64,000 nucleotides of DNA from Marispirochaeta sp. (GCA_963676835.2 CAXXFF010000002.1:1856001-1920000); one strand, 5' to 3'. Shown: positions 10,614 to 21,075, numbered from the stretch's first letter. Program-made: numbers and translations. The notes: generated from the sequence alone by a model not told the origin.

Positions 10614-11522
10614 ATGATGAGAGCAGCAACAAAAGCCCTATTGAAGAGGAATGCAGGCTATTATGCATTTCTTGCCTTACCACTGGCTTTATATTTTATA
10701 TTTTTCATCTATCCCAATGCATCGGCTCTCGTTTGGAGCCTGTTCAAGTGGGATGGAATGGCTCCGAAGATGGAGTTTGTAGGTCTGAAGAATTTTATCA
10801 CTCTTCTGACTAAAGAGGCGATTTTTTACACCGCCCTCAAAAATACCTTTATTTATACGATCATTCTGATGGTCGGTTCAAATTTAATGGGGCTTATTGT
10901 GGCCCTTCTGATTCACAAGACATCCAGGATCAATAACATATTCAGGACTGTTTTCTACCTTCCCGGAGTGTTAGCTACTGTTGCAATTGCTTCCATGTGG
11001 ACATTAGGAATATACAACCCGAATTTTGGTGTGTTGAATACCGTTCTCAAAGCTATCGGGCTGGATTCTCTGGCAACACCCTGGCTGGCGGACCCTAATA
11101 CCGCACTTATAAGTGTTGCGATTGTACATGTCTGGCAGAATATGGGATTCAGTATGATCCTGTACATCGCCGGACTTCAGGAGATTCCCGAGGAGCTATA
11201 TGAAGCCGCCTCAATTGAAGGAGCTAGCTCCTGGCAAACTACCTGGCATGTTACGCTGCCGCTGCTTCGCCGGGTAGCTTCGATTGTAATGGTTCTGGTG
11301 CTTATATTCGGTATGCGTTCATTCGACCTGATTTTCATCATGACAGAAAGCGGATCGGCTTTCGGTACAACCGAAGTTTTAACAACCTTGCTGTTCAGGC
11401 AGGGCTTTACCTTCCGCAAGGTAGGCTATGCCAATGCTATTGCTGTGGTACTACTGTTTGTTGTTGTTATTACATCCATGATTCAGAGGATTTTTCTGAA
11501 GGACAGTGAGGAGGGGAGATAA
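10614..11522 (+). CDS. Carbohydrate ABC transporter permease
   Basis: EAA loop LYEAASIEGAS; multiple TM segments. Confidence 0.9.
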   Translation: MMRAATKALLKRNAGYYAFLALPLALYFIFFIYPNASALVWSLFKWDGMAPKMEFVGLKNFITLLTKEAIFYTALKNTFIYTIILMVGSNLMGLIVALLIHKTSRINNIFRTVFYLPGVLATVAIASMWTLGIYNPNFGVLNTVLKAIGLDSLATPWLADPNTALISVAIVHVWQNMGFSMILYIAGLQEIPEELYEAASIEGASSWQTTWHVTLPLLRRVASIVMVLVLIFGMRSFDLIFIMTESGSAFGTTEVLTTLLFRQGFTFRKVGYANAIAVVLLFVVVITSMIQRIFLKDSEEGR

Positions 11523-12358
11523 TGAAATACTCCAGTACGCGAAAACGCAAAAATATTATCAAGTACGGACTGCTAACGGTTTTTGCACTAATTTTCATAT
11601 ATCCTGTCTGGCTGGTATTCATTAATTCCCTTAAGGCGGATTCAGCAATTTATACAAATCTTTTTGGTCTGCCGCGCAAGTTTCAATGGGTTAACTATAT
11701 CGATGCTTGGGTAAAAGGCAAGTTTTATCTCTATTATCTGAACAGTATAATAATTACATCCGCATCTGTTGGTTTTATATTGGCTTTCTCAACGCTTTCG
11801 GCTTTTGCTCTCAGCCGGCGGGACCTGATTGGGAAAAAAGTCATCAAGATTCTTTTTATTATCGGTATCACTGTGCCTGTACAGGTCAGTCTGATGCCTC
11901 TGTTCGTCCTGGTAAAAGATTTCGGGATGTACAATTCAATCTTGGGAGTTGTACTTATCTTTATTGCATTCAGGATTTCCTTCGCTACTTTCATCCTTTC
12001 CGGATTCTTTGAGGGAATTCCCCGGGAGCTTGAAGAGGCCGCCTTGATCGATGGTGCATCATCCTTTGTTCTGTTTACCAGGATTATTCTACCGTTAAGT
12101 AAATCCGCTATCTCTGCGGTGGCTATTTTCAATATAGTTTTTGTATGGAATAACTTCTGGTTTCCCCTGATTTTCCTGAGTTCCCAGTCAAAAAAACCAT
12201 TACCCGTCGGTCTCCTGGCTTTCATGGGTGAGGAGACTATGGCATTCGGCAAATTGTTTGCGGGAATCATGATTCTAACACTTCCGATTATTGTCGTCTA
12301 TCTGCTTTTACAGAAGCAGTTTGTTAAGGGAGTGACTGCCGGTGCCGTAAAAGGGTAA
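11522..12358 (+). CDS. Carbohydrate ABC transporter permease
   Basis: ELEEAALIDGAS, C-terminal GVTAGAVKG. Confidence 0.9.
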   Translation: MKYSSTRKRKNIIKYGLLTVFALIFIYPVWLVFINSLKADSAIYTNLFGLPRKFQWVNYIDAWVKGKFYLYYLNSIIITSASVGFILAFSTLSAFALSRRDLIGKKVIKILFIIGITVPVQVSLMPLFVLVKDFGMYNSILGVVLIFIAFRISFATFILSGFFEGIPRELEEAALIDGASSFVLFTRIILPLSKSAISAVAIFNIVFVWNNFWFPLIFLSSQSKKPLPVGLLAFMGEETMAFGKLFAGIMILTLPIIVVYLLLQKQFVKGVTAGAVKG

Positions 12359-12384
12359 TAGTGCATTGCAGATATGGAGAAACA

Positions 12385-13524
12385 ATGGGTGAAAAACTGA
12401 AAGTGCTTGTCCTTGGAACTGGTTTTGCAGGCCGGGGGCATGCCGAAGCGTTTAGAACAGCCTCCGCTGAAGTCGTGGGGATTGTCGGTAGAACAGAAAA
12501 AGTAGTGAAAGAAGTGGCCCGGGATATGCACATTCCCTACGCCGGAACGAATTGGCGCGAAGCCCTCCGGGAGTGTAATCCCGATGTAGTCTCAATCGCT
12601 ACACCGGGGGGCGCTCATTTTGAACCGATTATGGAGGCCCTGGATTTTGGTTGCCACGTATTTTGTGATAAGCCTCTGGCCGAAAGCGGAGAACGTGCTA
12701 AGGACCTTTATCGGAAGTCTGAGGATAAACAAGTAAAGACTGCTTATGCAGCCAGCTATCGGTATATGCCTGCCGTTATGTATGCCAAGAAGCTTATTGC
12801 CGATGGTGTCATCGGTGAACCGAGGGAAGCAGAAAGTATCTCTCATTTTAACCTGGATCCGAATATTCCCTTTGGCTGGTCCCACAGGATAGAGCATGGG
12901 GGAGGGCGATTAAACAACAATTTTACTCATCTGCTGTCAATCATGACCTATGTCCTCGGTGAGAAGATACAGGCCGTCTGTGGGGACGCCCGGAATGATA
13001 TGCCAAAGGCTCCGGTAGTGGAGGGGGTCCACAATTTTGCTGTACGTAGAGACTTTATCCCCAGCGATCTGGATGATCCAGCTTTGAAGTGGAAAAAAGC
13101 TGATGCCGAGTGGTCCTACACTGTAATGGCACGCATAGAAAGTGATTTCCCCGCGGCCCAACCGGTTTCGGTCTTATTTAAGCACGGAGGTCTGGTTCCC
13201 CGTTTTAGCGATGATCACCTGGTATTTTATGGCAGTAAGGGAGCTGTCTTTATAAAAGGGCATTATGGAAAGGGTCCGCTATATTTGTGGGAGAACGAGG
13301 GGAACTGGAAAGAGTTGGCACTTCCCGAAGGAATAATATCGTCCCTGCCCGCTATAGAGGACGATACCCAGAGAAACTGGACACATCTTGCGTGTGAATT
13401 TGTAAAGGATCTGGAGGGAAAAGCGGTAGAACCGTATCAGACATTCAAGGAAGGCAGTTTGTATCAGCAGATTATCGATCTGATCCGAAGAAATAATCGC
13501 TGGGTTGATGTACGCGAGCTGTAA
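12385..13524 (+). CDS. Gfo/Idh/MocA family oxidoreductase
   Basis: GTGFAG, IATPGGAH, HVFCDKPLA. Confidence 0.85.
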   Translation: MGEKLKVLVLGTGFAGRGHAEAFRTASAEVVGIVGRTEKVVKEVARDMHIPYAGTNWREALRECNPDVVSIATPGGAHFEPIMEALDFGCHVFCDKPLAESGERAKDLYRKSEDKQVKTAYAASYRYMPAVMYAKKLIADGVIGEPREAESISHFNLDPNIPFGWSHRIEHGGGRLNNNFTHLLSIMTYVLGEKIQAVCGDARNDMPKAPVVEGVHNFAVRRDFIPSDLDDPALKWKKADAEWSYTVMARIESDFPAAQPVSVLFKHGGLVPRFSDDHLVFYGSKGAVFIKGHYGKGPLYLWENEGNWKELALPEGIISSLPAIEDDTQRNWTHLACEFVKDLEGKAVEPYQTFKEGSLYQQIIDLIRRNNRWVDVREL

Positions 13525-14096
13525 ATGAAACATGAACGTATTATGTTTTCAACAAAGTCTTGGAAAGAGCTACCACTTATAAAGGTTGCGGATCTTGGTG
13601 TGGATGGAGTGGGATTGCTGGAATATCTATTCTGCATCTCATTGTCCCGGTCTATATGTCAGTAGGGCTCTGGTTTGCAGGAGAAGGTTTTTGTGAAGAA
13701 ATTCTTTCAATGAAAAAAGACCTTGAGAGTAACGACGTAAGTGTTGGATTTAAGAATCATTATGACCATTATCTCGGTAATGTCCTGCAAATATGGTATC
13801 AAATATACGGTATATACCCTATCAATAGATACTGTGCTGACCTTGTCTTGTACAGTCTGTATGAATTTTCGAGACGTTGTGTCTCGCATGAGTAAGAAGA
13901 AAATCCTCTCTATTAATGGAAGCGTTATAGATAATTATCTTTATATTGAATTAGGTTTGGTTAGATTGCAAGGTAATCATATAAGATTTTCTGATTTCTC
14001 ACGAATTAAAACAGATATTGCTCATTTGTGAGTTATCAGGGGATTAATCAGAAAAGAAGAATTATATGTATAAGGTTTTCTTATAAAGGAGTGGAT

Positions 14097-14840
14097 TTGG
14101 ATAAGAGAGTTTTATTGATAACAGGCGCGACAAAAGGAATGGGTTTTGCTGCGGCGCTTAAGTTTGGTGAGAACGGGTATGTTGTTGCACTCAGTGATAA
14201 TAGCAAAAAAGATGGTAACGCCGCGATCAGAAAATTGAGAGATAAAGGAATCGAAGCTACATTCTATCAAGCTGATGTGGCCGATGAAAAAGACGTCGGT
14301 TTGCTGGTTGGTCAGGTTGGCGAAGATTATGGAAAGATCGATGTCCTTATTAATAACGCCACTGTTTTGGGAGAGAAAGTATCCATCGAAAAAATGTCAT
14401 CTGAGTTATATAAAAAGGTTATTGGGCGTAATCTTGGAAGTGTTTTTTATTGCTCCCGTGCTGCAATTCCCTATCTTAAGTTGAGCGGGGTGGGGGTAGT
14501 TATCAATTTGATTCCCTTTTCGAGTAAGCAGGTAGCTGACACAGGCTTTGGATTATATGAGGTGACAAAAGCGGGGGTGCTGGCATTTACCCGGGTTTTA
14601 GCAAAGGAGCTTGTCTCTACTGGTATAAGGGTTAATGCCATCTCTCTATGCACCAATGAGACTGGTTTTAATGGCCAAGGTGATCCATCGCTTATGGATG
14701 AATGGCGGAGTGGACTCTCTGTCGACGGTTCAGAAAAGAATGAAGTAGTTGCGGATTTTGCCTGCTTTCTATCTTCCGATGACTATTCTTATATCGTCGG
14801 GGAAGTAATTGAGATAAATGAAGGGCAAATGTATCTATAG
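14097..14840 (+). CDS. SDR family oxidoreductase, strongly diverged (possibly decaying)
   Basis: TGATKGMG and YEVTK retained, but NNAT, INLIP, NAISLC and INEGQ deviate from consensus; TTG start after AAAGGAG. Confidence 0.7.
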   Translation: MDKRVLLITGATKGMGFAAALKFGENGYVVALSDNSKKDGNAAIRKLRDKGIEATFYQADVADEKDVGLLVGQVGEDYGKIDVLINNATVLGEKVSIEKMSSELYKKVIGRNLGSVFYCSRAAIPYLKLSGVGVVINLIPFSSKQVADTGFGLYEVTKAGVLAFTRVLAKELVSTGIRVNAISLCTNETGFNGQGDPSLMDEWRSGLSVDGSEKNEVVADFACFLSSDDYSYIVGEVIEINEGQMYL

Positions 14841-14846
14841 GAGGAA

Positions 14847-15176
14847 ATGATGGTTGTTAATTGTAAGGAAGTCAATTGGGAAGATCTGGGTAGCGGAATT
14901 AAACGCAGGATACTGGCTTCAAAAGGAAAAATGATGAGTGTGGAAGTATCTTTTTCTAAAGGAACGGTGGCCGCTGTTCATGCACATCCCCATGAGCAGA
15001 TTGGGTATATACTCTCTGGGCGTTTTGATTTTGAGATGGACGGTAAAAAGTATGAACTTTCCATAGGGGATTCCTACTACGCCCCTCCCGGAGTTCCACA
15101 TGGGGCGGTTGCTTTGGAGGAGGGGTCAAGAATCCTGGATATATTTACTCCACAGCGGGAAGATTTTCTTACATAA
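14847..15176 (+). CDS. kdgF: Cupin protein, KdgF-like (uronate ring opening)
   Basis: HAHPHEQIGY, PPGVPHG, DIFTPQREDFL. Confidence 0.8.
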   Translation: MMVVNCKEVNWEDLGSGIKRRILASKGKMMSVEVSFSKGTVAAVHAHPHEQIGYILSGRFDFEMDGKKYELSIGDSYYAPPGVPHGAVALEEGSRILDIFTPQREDFLT

Positions 15177-15240
15177 GCTTTATTTTGATAGAGGAGGCGG
15201 GCAGCCTCCCGATGTTATTCATGTTACCCCCCCCCTTGTA

Positions 15241-15295
15241 TTGACGGTCAGTGATCCACAAAGTACTATATTAATTGGATCCAGGATCCAATTAA
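15241..15295 (+). promoter_or_regulatory. Promoter and 25-bp palindromic operator upstream of the tartrate dehydrogenase-like gene
   Basis: TTGACG-N17-TACTAT (15241-15269); TTAATTGGATCC-A-GGATCCAATTAA (15271-15295). Confidence 0.75.
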
Positions 15296-15305
15296 GGGGG
15301 GGGGG

Positions 15306-16338
15306 ATGGAATATTATGATAGAGTGTACAAAATTGCCGTGATAGCGGGAGACGGCATAGGTCTTGAAGTAGTACCCGAAGGCGTTCGTGTCCTGACGGA
15401 AGCAGCCAGAAAATTCAAATTTACGCTGCAGTGGAAGGAGTTTGAATGGGGATGTGCGTATTATAAGCAACATGGGTGCATGATGCCTAAAGACGGATTC
15501 GAGCAACTGCGAGAATTCGATGCAATCTTTCTGGGAGCTGTTGATACCTTTGCGGAGGGTTTTTCAGCAGTATGCTAATGTACGTCCTGTCCGCATGTTT
15601 GAGGGATTAAAATCTCCCTTAAAAAACGCTACGCCAGAACAGATTGATTACGTAATAGTGCGGGAGAACAACGAAGGCGAGTACTCAGACTCAGGTGGAA
15701 GGTTGTATGAAGGAACCGAGGATGAACTGGTTATACAGGAATCGATTTTTACGCGGCGGGGTGTCGACAGGATCATCCGCTATGCCTTTGAGCTGGCCAA
15801 GCATCGGCAGGCAAAAAAGGTGACATCAGCAACAAAATCAAACGGAATAATTCACACCATGCCATTTTGGGATGAGAGGTTTAAAGTAGTCAGTAGTGAA
15901 TATCCGGACATTGCTACTGATCAATACCATATTGACATTTTAACTGCACACTTTGTACTGCATCCGGAATGGTTTGATGTAGTAGTTGGGAGTAACCTGT
16001 TTGGTGATATTCTTTCTGATCTTGGGCCTACCACCACTGGATCAATAGGTATTGCTCCATCAGGAAACATCAATCCCGATAGAAAGTATCCATCCATGTT
16101 TGAACCTGTTCATGGGTCTGCGCCTGATATTGCAGGGAAGAACATTGCTAATCCGATTGCTCAAATATGGTCTGGTGCAATGATGCTTGATCACCTGGGA
16201 GAACATGAAGCATCACAATCCATTGTGGCGGCTATTGAGAAGGTAATAAGGGAGGGGGCGAGTACTACCGAGGACATAGGCGGTAGTGCGAGTACGCAGG
16301 AGTGTGGTGAAGCTGTCTGCAGCGCTCTCTCTTTATGA
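15306..16338 (+). pseudogene. Tartrate dehydrogenase / D-malate dehydrogenase (decarboxylating), frameshifted by an internal deletion
   Basis: N-part IAVIAGDGIG...FDAIFLGAV in one frame; C-part WELLIPLRR..QYANVRP, RENNEGEYS, TKSNG, FEPVHGSAPDIAG in another; linker residues missing. Confidence 0.85.
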
Positions 16339-16452
16339 AAAAGTGCTCGCCTGATTGTTTAGGATGTTCTAAATGAGGTGTTCCCTCAACATTTATGAAG
16401 GATGTGCCATATATATTAATTTATCATATTTGGATAATATCTTGCTAGGGAA

Positions 16453-17106
16453 ATGTGGACGTTGAAGCAGATTAAAGTACTACCGGTAAGAGAGCGCGTA
16501 GCCTCGGAATTGCGTAATGCGATATTTTCCGGCAAATTTACACCTGGCGAGGAACTGCGGCAGGATGCGTTGGCAAAAATGCTGGGGGTTTCACGTATGC
16601 CGATTCGTGAAGCGCTTCAGATTTTGTCCGGCGAAGGTCTTATTAAATTAAGGGCAAACCGTGGTGCTGTTGTACAGGAAGTTTCTGACCAATACATTCG
16701 TGAGCACTTCGAGCTTCGAATGATACTGGAATGCGAAGCTGTCGCACGAGCGTGTACATACATTGACGATATTTCGGAATTAGCACACATACACGAATCC
16801 CAGAAAAAAGCCATTGAAGTGATGGATATGCATGAGACGAATCTTTGCAATCAAGCGTTTCATATGGCAATCTGGGATGGTGCTCGCAACTCAAAGATCA
16901 AAGCTGTTTTGGAGCAACTCTGGAACGGCCTATTTATCGGGAGAGTAATACAGCCGGCAATACATGCTGGCAAGTCCTTTGAAGAGCATGGTTTGATTAC
17001 CGCAGCTATCGAAGAAAAACAGCCGGAGTTAGCCAGGAGCTTAATGAAGCAGCATATTGAACGCAGCATGGAAAATATGCTCATGCATACATCCGATAAT
17101 TCATGA
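16453..17106 (+). CDS. GntR family regulator (FCD domain)
   Basis: GVSRMPIREAL, N..FH, EHGLI. Confidence 0.9.
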   Translation: MWTLKQIKVLPVRERVASELRNAIFSGKFTPGEELRQDALAKMLGVSRMPIREALQILSGEGLIKLRANRGAVVQEVSDQYIREHFELRMILECEAVARACTYIDDISELAHIHESQKKAIEVMDMHETNLCNQAFHMAIWDGARNSKIKAVLEQLWNGLFIGRVIQPAIHAGKSFEEHGLITAAIEEKQPELARSLMKQHIERSMENMLMHTSDNS

Positions 17107-17127
17107 AAAGTTCTCGAGCGATTCAAT

Positions 17128-17983
17128 TTATTTGAATACAGTCCTATCCAAATAATGAGCCCATATGGTTTCAAACCACGATTCTTCCTGTGGAATTTCT
17201 CGCGTCGGTATCCATTGGCACTTTATGGTTCCTGACTGTGGATTCCATCGAATGTGCTGTACTTTTTGCCGCAATGCAGTGTTCTCTGGAATAATTCGCC
17301 AATCAGAAAGTAGGGGATGGATTTGTCTGCCTTCTTCGTTATTGTTGCTGGCAACGAGCGATGAGGCACGGCTGCCTCCACCCTTGTGTAAATAATCTGA
17401 AATTGCTTCTAAGTACATTCTGTGGCCAAAGACCATATGGCGCAGTTTTAGTGCATTGGGCAATCGCCATGGATCCACTTTCAAGCCGGAAAAACGCTTC
17501 TGCTGATCCACGGCTTCCGATATTGCCATATTGATTTCAGTTGAATTACGAATTGCTGCAGCTTGTTTGCTCATGCGGACCTGAAACTCCCGTTTGTATT
17601 CTCTGTCGCAATCAGGGATGGGCGGTTTTCCGGTGAGTGTATCGATAATGGATAAAATCTCTGATAGTGTATCTTTGCCGCTGCTTTGTGCTGAATCCAA
17701 GTCCAATGTTTTCTTCTGGTAACCGAATGCGATTTTTTGAGCAGCCCGGAAAGCTCCTACCTGGCCGGAATTAAGCGCTGTTCCGCCCGGACGGGCTGCG
17801 CCATGGCTCCCATTGACTTCTCCAACTGGGAATAGGTGGTGGATATTAACCGATTCCCACCAAATATCTGCAGCAAGCCCTCCATTGTTATGCTGTGCTG
17901 AAACGGCGATCTGCAGCGGCTCTGTATAGAGATCAATATTGTGATCCTTGTATAACTGTATTGCAGCAGGATTCAGCTGCTTA
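17128..17983 (-). pseudogene. FAD-binding protein of the fumarate reductase/SdhA-like flavoprotein family, 5'-truncated by IS21
   Basis: QHNNGGL, LFPVGEVNGSHG..RPGGTALNSGQVG, GGGSRAS; the frame runs into the IS end and no N-terminal FAD-binding motif is present. Confidence 0.75.
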
Positions 17984-18181
17984 TGTGTACACCGGCCGAA
18001 AACGGACACCCATTCCGGAGGAAAGCGGACAGTGATTCCGGGCAAAAACGGACACCTGTTCCGGCCGAAAACGGACAGTTTTTCCGGAGCGCCGGAATTG
18101 CTTTAACCTGAAATAAGAAATCCTCGATTAACACGAGCACTCTCGTCACAATAGCAAAACTACTATTTGACGGAGTACAGA

Positions 18182-19729
18182 ATGTCGAGAGCGAGGATTC
18201 ATGTGAAACACATGCGTAAACTGCTTGCGCTCACGTACGAGAGCAAGCTGGGACTTCGGGATGTATCCCAACTGACCGGAGTATCTAAAACCACAGTCAG
18301 CGAATATCTGGTGCGATTCCGCCGCACCGGGATCAGCTATGCAGCAAGCCAAAAGCTTACCGATGAGCAGCTGCTTGGCCTGTTCGAAGAGAAAAAGCAG
18401 GAAGAAAGTGAGCAGTATACACAACTAACGACACTGTTCCCCGAGTACGCCAAACGGCTGAAACAGCGGGGGATGACGAAGCAGTTCCTATGGAAGGAAT
18501 ACCGTAGAAAGTATCCAAACGGATATAGATACAGTCAGTTCTGTCACCACTTTACGGTGTTTCTGGACTGCGGTGAGGTGACGATGCGTCAGCCCCACGA
18601 GCCTGGAGATATGGCATATCTCGACTATGCCGGAGAAACGTTCCCTTACTATCCTGATGGAGATGAGCAGCGGGCACAAATATTCGTTGCGGTACTCGGA
18701 GCAAGTCAGCTGGCCTATGTTGAAGCAAGTGAGAGCCAGAAACAAGAGGCCTTTGTCCGCTCCACAGAACGGGCTCTGAGGTACTTCGGCGGGGTTCCGC
18801 GAGCTCTCGTCCCGGATAACCTGAAGGCGGCCGTGCTCAGTGCGAGTAAATATGAGCCGGAGCTTAATCCGTTGTTCGATGATTTTGCCGATTACTACCG
18901 GACGACGATAATCCCCGCCAGGGCCTATAAACCGAAAGACAAATCCCTGGCGGAGAATGCCGTCAAGTTAACCTATCAGCGGATATTCGCCCCGCTGTAC
19001 GGCAAGAGGTTCCATTCGTTGGCTGAGCTCAACCAGGCCATCGCAGAACTTCTTGAAGAACACAATACCCGGAAACTGACAAAGCTGCAAATCTCACGGC
19101 GTCAGTTGTTTGAAGAGATCGAACGGTCTGCGCTGAAGACGCTGCCGGGCGAACCGTATCCAATGAAATACTTCGAAACTCACAAGGTTGCACCGGACTA
19201 TCACTTTATCCTGTCAAAAGATAAGCACTACTACTCTGTTCCCTGGCAGCTGAAGGGAGAACAGGTCAAAGTGATCTTTGATGAGCGAATTATAGCGGTA
19301 TATCACAAGAATGTACGCGTAGCCCAGCACCGCCGGAGCAGAAAGAAAGGACAATACTCCACACAGTCCGCACACATGCCCAGGCACCATCAGTTTGTTG
19401 AATCATGGTCGGCGGAGAAGTTTACCACCTGGGCTCAGTCGATTGGAGAAGAGACGTTCCTGGTGATTTCACATCTATTAAACAGCAAGCCACATGAGCA
19501 GCAGGCGTACAAATCCTGCCTTGGTGTGCTGAACCTGGCAAAGGATGCCGGATCACACCGGCTGAACTGGGCCTGCCGACGTGCGTTGAACTACTCGAGA
19601 ATCAGTTATCGGGATGTTCGTGCATATCTGGATGAAATCATGCGACAAGAAAAGGATGAACAGCAGAACAAACAGGTGTTTCTCTTCGCCGATCACAAGA
19701 ACCTGCGGGATTCTGCAATCTACAAATGA
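18182..19729 (+). CDS. istA: IS21 family transposase IstA
   Basis: N-terminal HTH, LDYAG, VPDNLKAAV, KPKDKSLAEN (DDE), YSVP. Confidence 0.95.
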   Translation: MSRARIHVKHMRKLLALTYESKLGLRDVSQLTGVSKTTVSEYLVRFRRTGISYAASQKLTDEQLLGLFEEKKQEESEQYTQLTTLFPEYAKRLKQRGMTKQFLWKEYRRKYPNGYRYSQFCHHFTVFLDCGEVTMRQPHEPGDMAYLDYAGETFPYYPDGDEQRAQIFVAVLGASQLAYVEASESQKQEAFVRSTERALRYFGGVPRALVPDNLKAAVLSASKYEPELNPLFDDFADYYRTTIIPARAYKPKDKSLAENAVKLTYQRIFAPLYGKRFHSLAELNQAIAELLEEHNTRKLTKLQISRRQLFEEIERSALKTLPGEPYPMKYFETHKVAPDYHFILSKDKHYYSVPWQLKGEQVKVIFDERIIAVYHKNVRVAQHRRSRKKGQYSTQSAHMPRHHQFVESWSAEKFTTWAQSIGEETFLVISHLLNSKPHEQQAYKSCLGVLNLAKDAGSHRLNWACRRALNYSRISYRDVRAYLDEIMRQEKDEQQNKQVFLFADHKNLRDSAIYK

Positions 19730-19737
19730 GGTAACCG

Positions 19738-20478
19738 ATGAATAATAATCAGGCGACAATCAACAAGATGACCGAGATGCGTCTCCACGGAATGGTACAG
19801 GCCTTCCGTACACTGCAGGAGACCGGACGCCATATGGATCTTACAACCGATGAGGTTATCAGCTACCTTGTCGACTCAGAATGGGATGAGAAACACAATC
19901 GCCGACTGGCGCGCCTTGCCAATGCGGCCCGTTTCCGCTATAAGGCAGCGATTGAAGATATCGACTATACCTTCGACCGGAATCTGGACAAAAACCAGAT
20001 CTTAAGACTTGCAGCCTGCTCCTGGATATCCCGGGGGCAGGACCTGCTCATCACGGGTCCGACCGGAGGAGGAAAAAGTTTTCTTGGATCGGCTTTCGGA
20101 CATCAGGCATGTCAGTATGGGTATACCGTCGCTTACTTTTCCACAACGCGTTTATTCAATGAAATAGCGGCGGCAAGGGATGATGGAACCTACCTGAAGC
20201 ACTTGTCACGCATAATGAAAAACAAGCTGGTCATTATCGATGACTTCGGTCTGGAACCGCTGGAGCATACTGCACGGATGGCATTTCTTGAAATCCTTGA
20301 AGATCGACACCGGAGAAAATCTACGATAGTGATCGCCCAACAGCCGGTAGAAAACTGGCACAGCATTATCGGTGACCCCACGATTGCCGATGCCATAATG
20401 GACCGTCTTGCCTTTCATTCTCATAGAATTGTAATAACCGGGGACTCGGTAAGGAGGAAACTCTATGCTGTAGATTGA
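19738..20478 (+). CDS. istB: IS21 helper AAA+ ATPase IstB
   Basis: Walker A GPTGGGKS, Walker B IIDDFG, ADAIMDRL. Confidence 0.95.
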   Translation: MNNNQATINKMTEMRLHGMVQAFRTLQETGRHMDLTTDEVISYLVDSEWDEKHNRRLARLANAARFRYKAAIEDIDYTFDRNLDKNQILRLAACSWISRGQDLLITGPTGGGKSFLGSAFGHQACQYGYTVAYFSTTRLFNEIAAARDDGTYLKHLSRIMKNKLVIIDDFGLEPLEHTARMAFLEILEDRHRRKSTIVIAQQPVENWHSIIGDPTIADAIMDRLAFHSHRIVITGDSVRRKLYAVD

Positions 20479-20595
20479 CGCAAAACGGACACCTGATCAT
20501 ACTGAAGACGAGGATTTACTTCCTTCAGGCAGCTGTCCGTTTTCCGCCGGAATCACTGTCCGAAATCATCGGAATACACATAACTGTAAACTAAT

Positions 20596-20702
20596 GTCCT
20601 GACTTGAAAAAAGCCCCAATCTTTTGAATGGAACAAAAACTGAAGCCGAAGGGCTGGGCCAGCGGTTTGCAAAGCAACACCGCGAACCAAGTCAGCGGCA
20701 GG
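20596..20702. repeat. Direct-repeat copy of tRNA-downstream sequence 25001-25109
   Basis: 45-nt exact match between 20626-20670 and 25031-25075, with similar flanks. Confidence 0.9.
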
Positions 20703-21075
20703 ATGGCGCGAAGCTGAGCAGTCCATGGATGGACAAAAGCGAAGCCGGGCGGCAAACCTTAAGGCAATAATTATATTCATCCCTTTTCCATTGCTTTCCA
20801 CGACCGCACTACATAGACCGATCGACTGCTCCGCTGATGCAGATGATTGAAATTCCAATAACATAACATTATTTGACTGGATACGGTTTATCAGGTTTTA
20901 AAAATGTTCCAAAAATCTACATGTAATCCGGCAGATTCTAAAAAAATTGGAAGAGAGAATGCAATTCTTCTCGGGGTAGGTGTAGCTTGACCATAAATTG
21001 TAGATTGTATACATTGTGTCGACATGTAGTAGTGATAGAATTGGTAAATGAAGAATCGTGCAGAAGGAGATAATC

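Larger units (their letters stand above)
17984..20580 (+). mobile_element. IS21 family insertion sequence (istA-istB)
   Basis: Ends TGTGTACACC... / ...GGAATACACA (TG...CA); several internal AAA(A/G)CGGACA repeats at both ends; istA and istB. Confidence 0.92.

Noticed and set aside
13560..14031. ORFs of 111 and 96 aa in the AT-rich spacer
   Set aside because: No RBS or motifs and atypical composition.
15306..16338. Programmed ribosomal frameshift in the tartrate dehydrogenase gene
   Set aside because: No slippery site, and conserved linker residues are physically absent, which indicates a deletion.
17990..18085. Short 22-23 bp periodic repeats as CRISPR or iterons
   Set aside because: They are the multiple transposase-binding repeats expected at IS21 ends.
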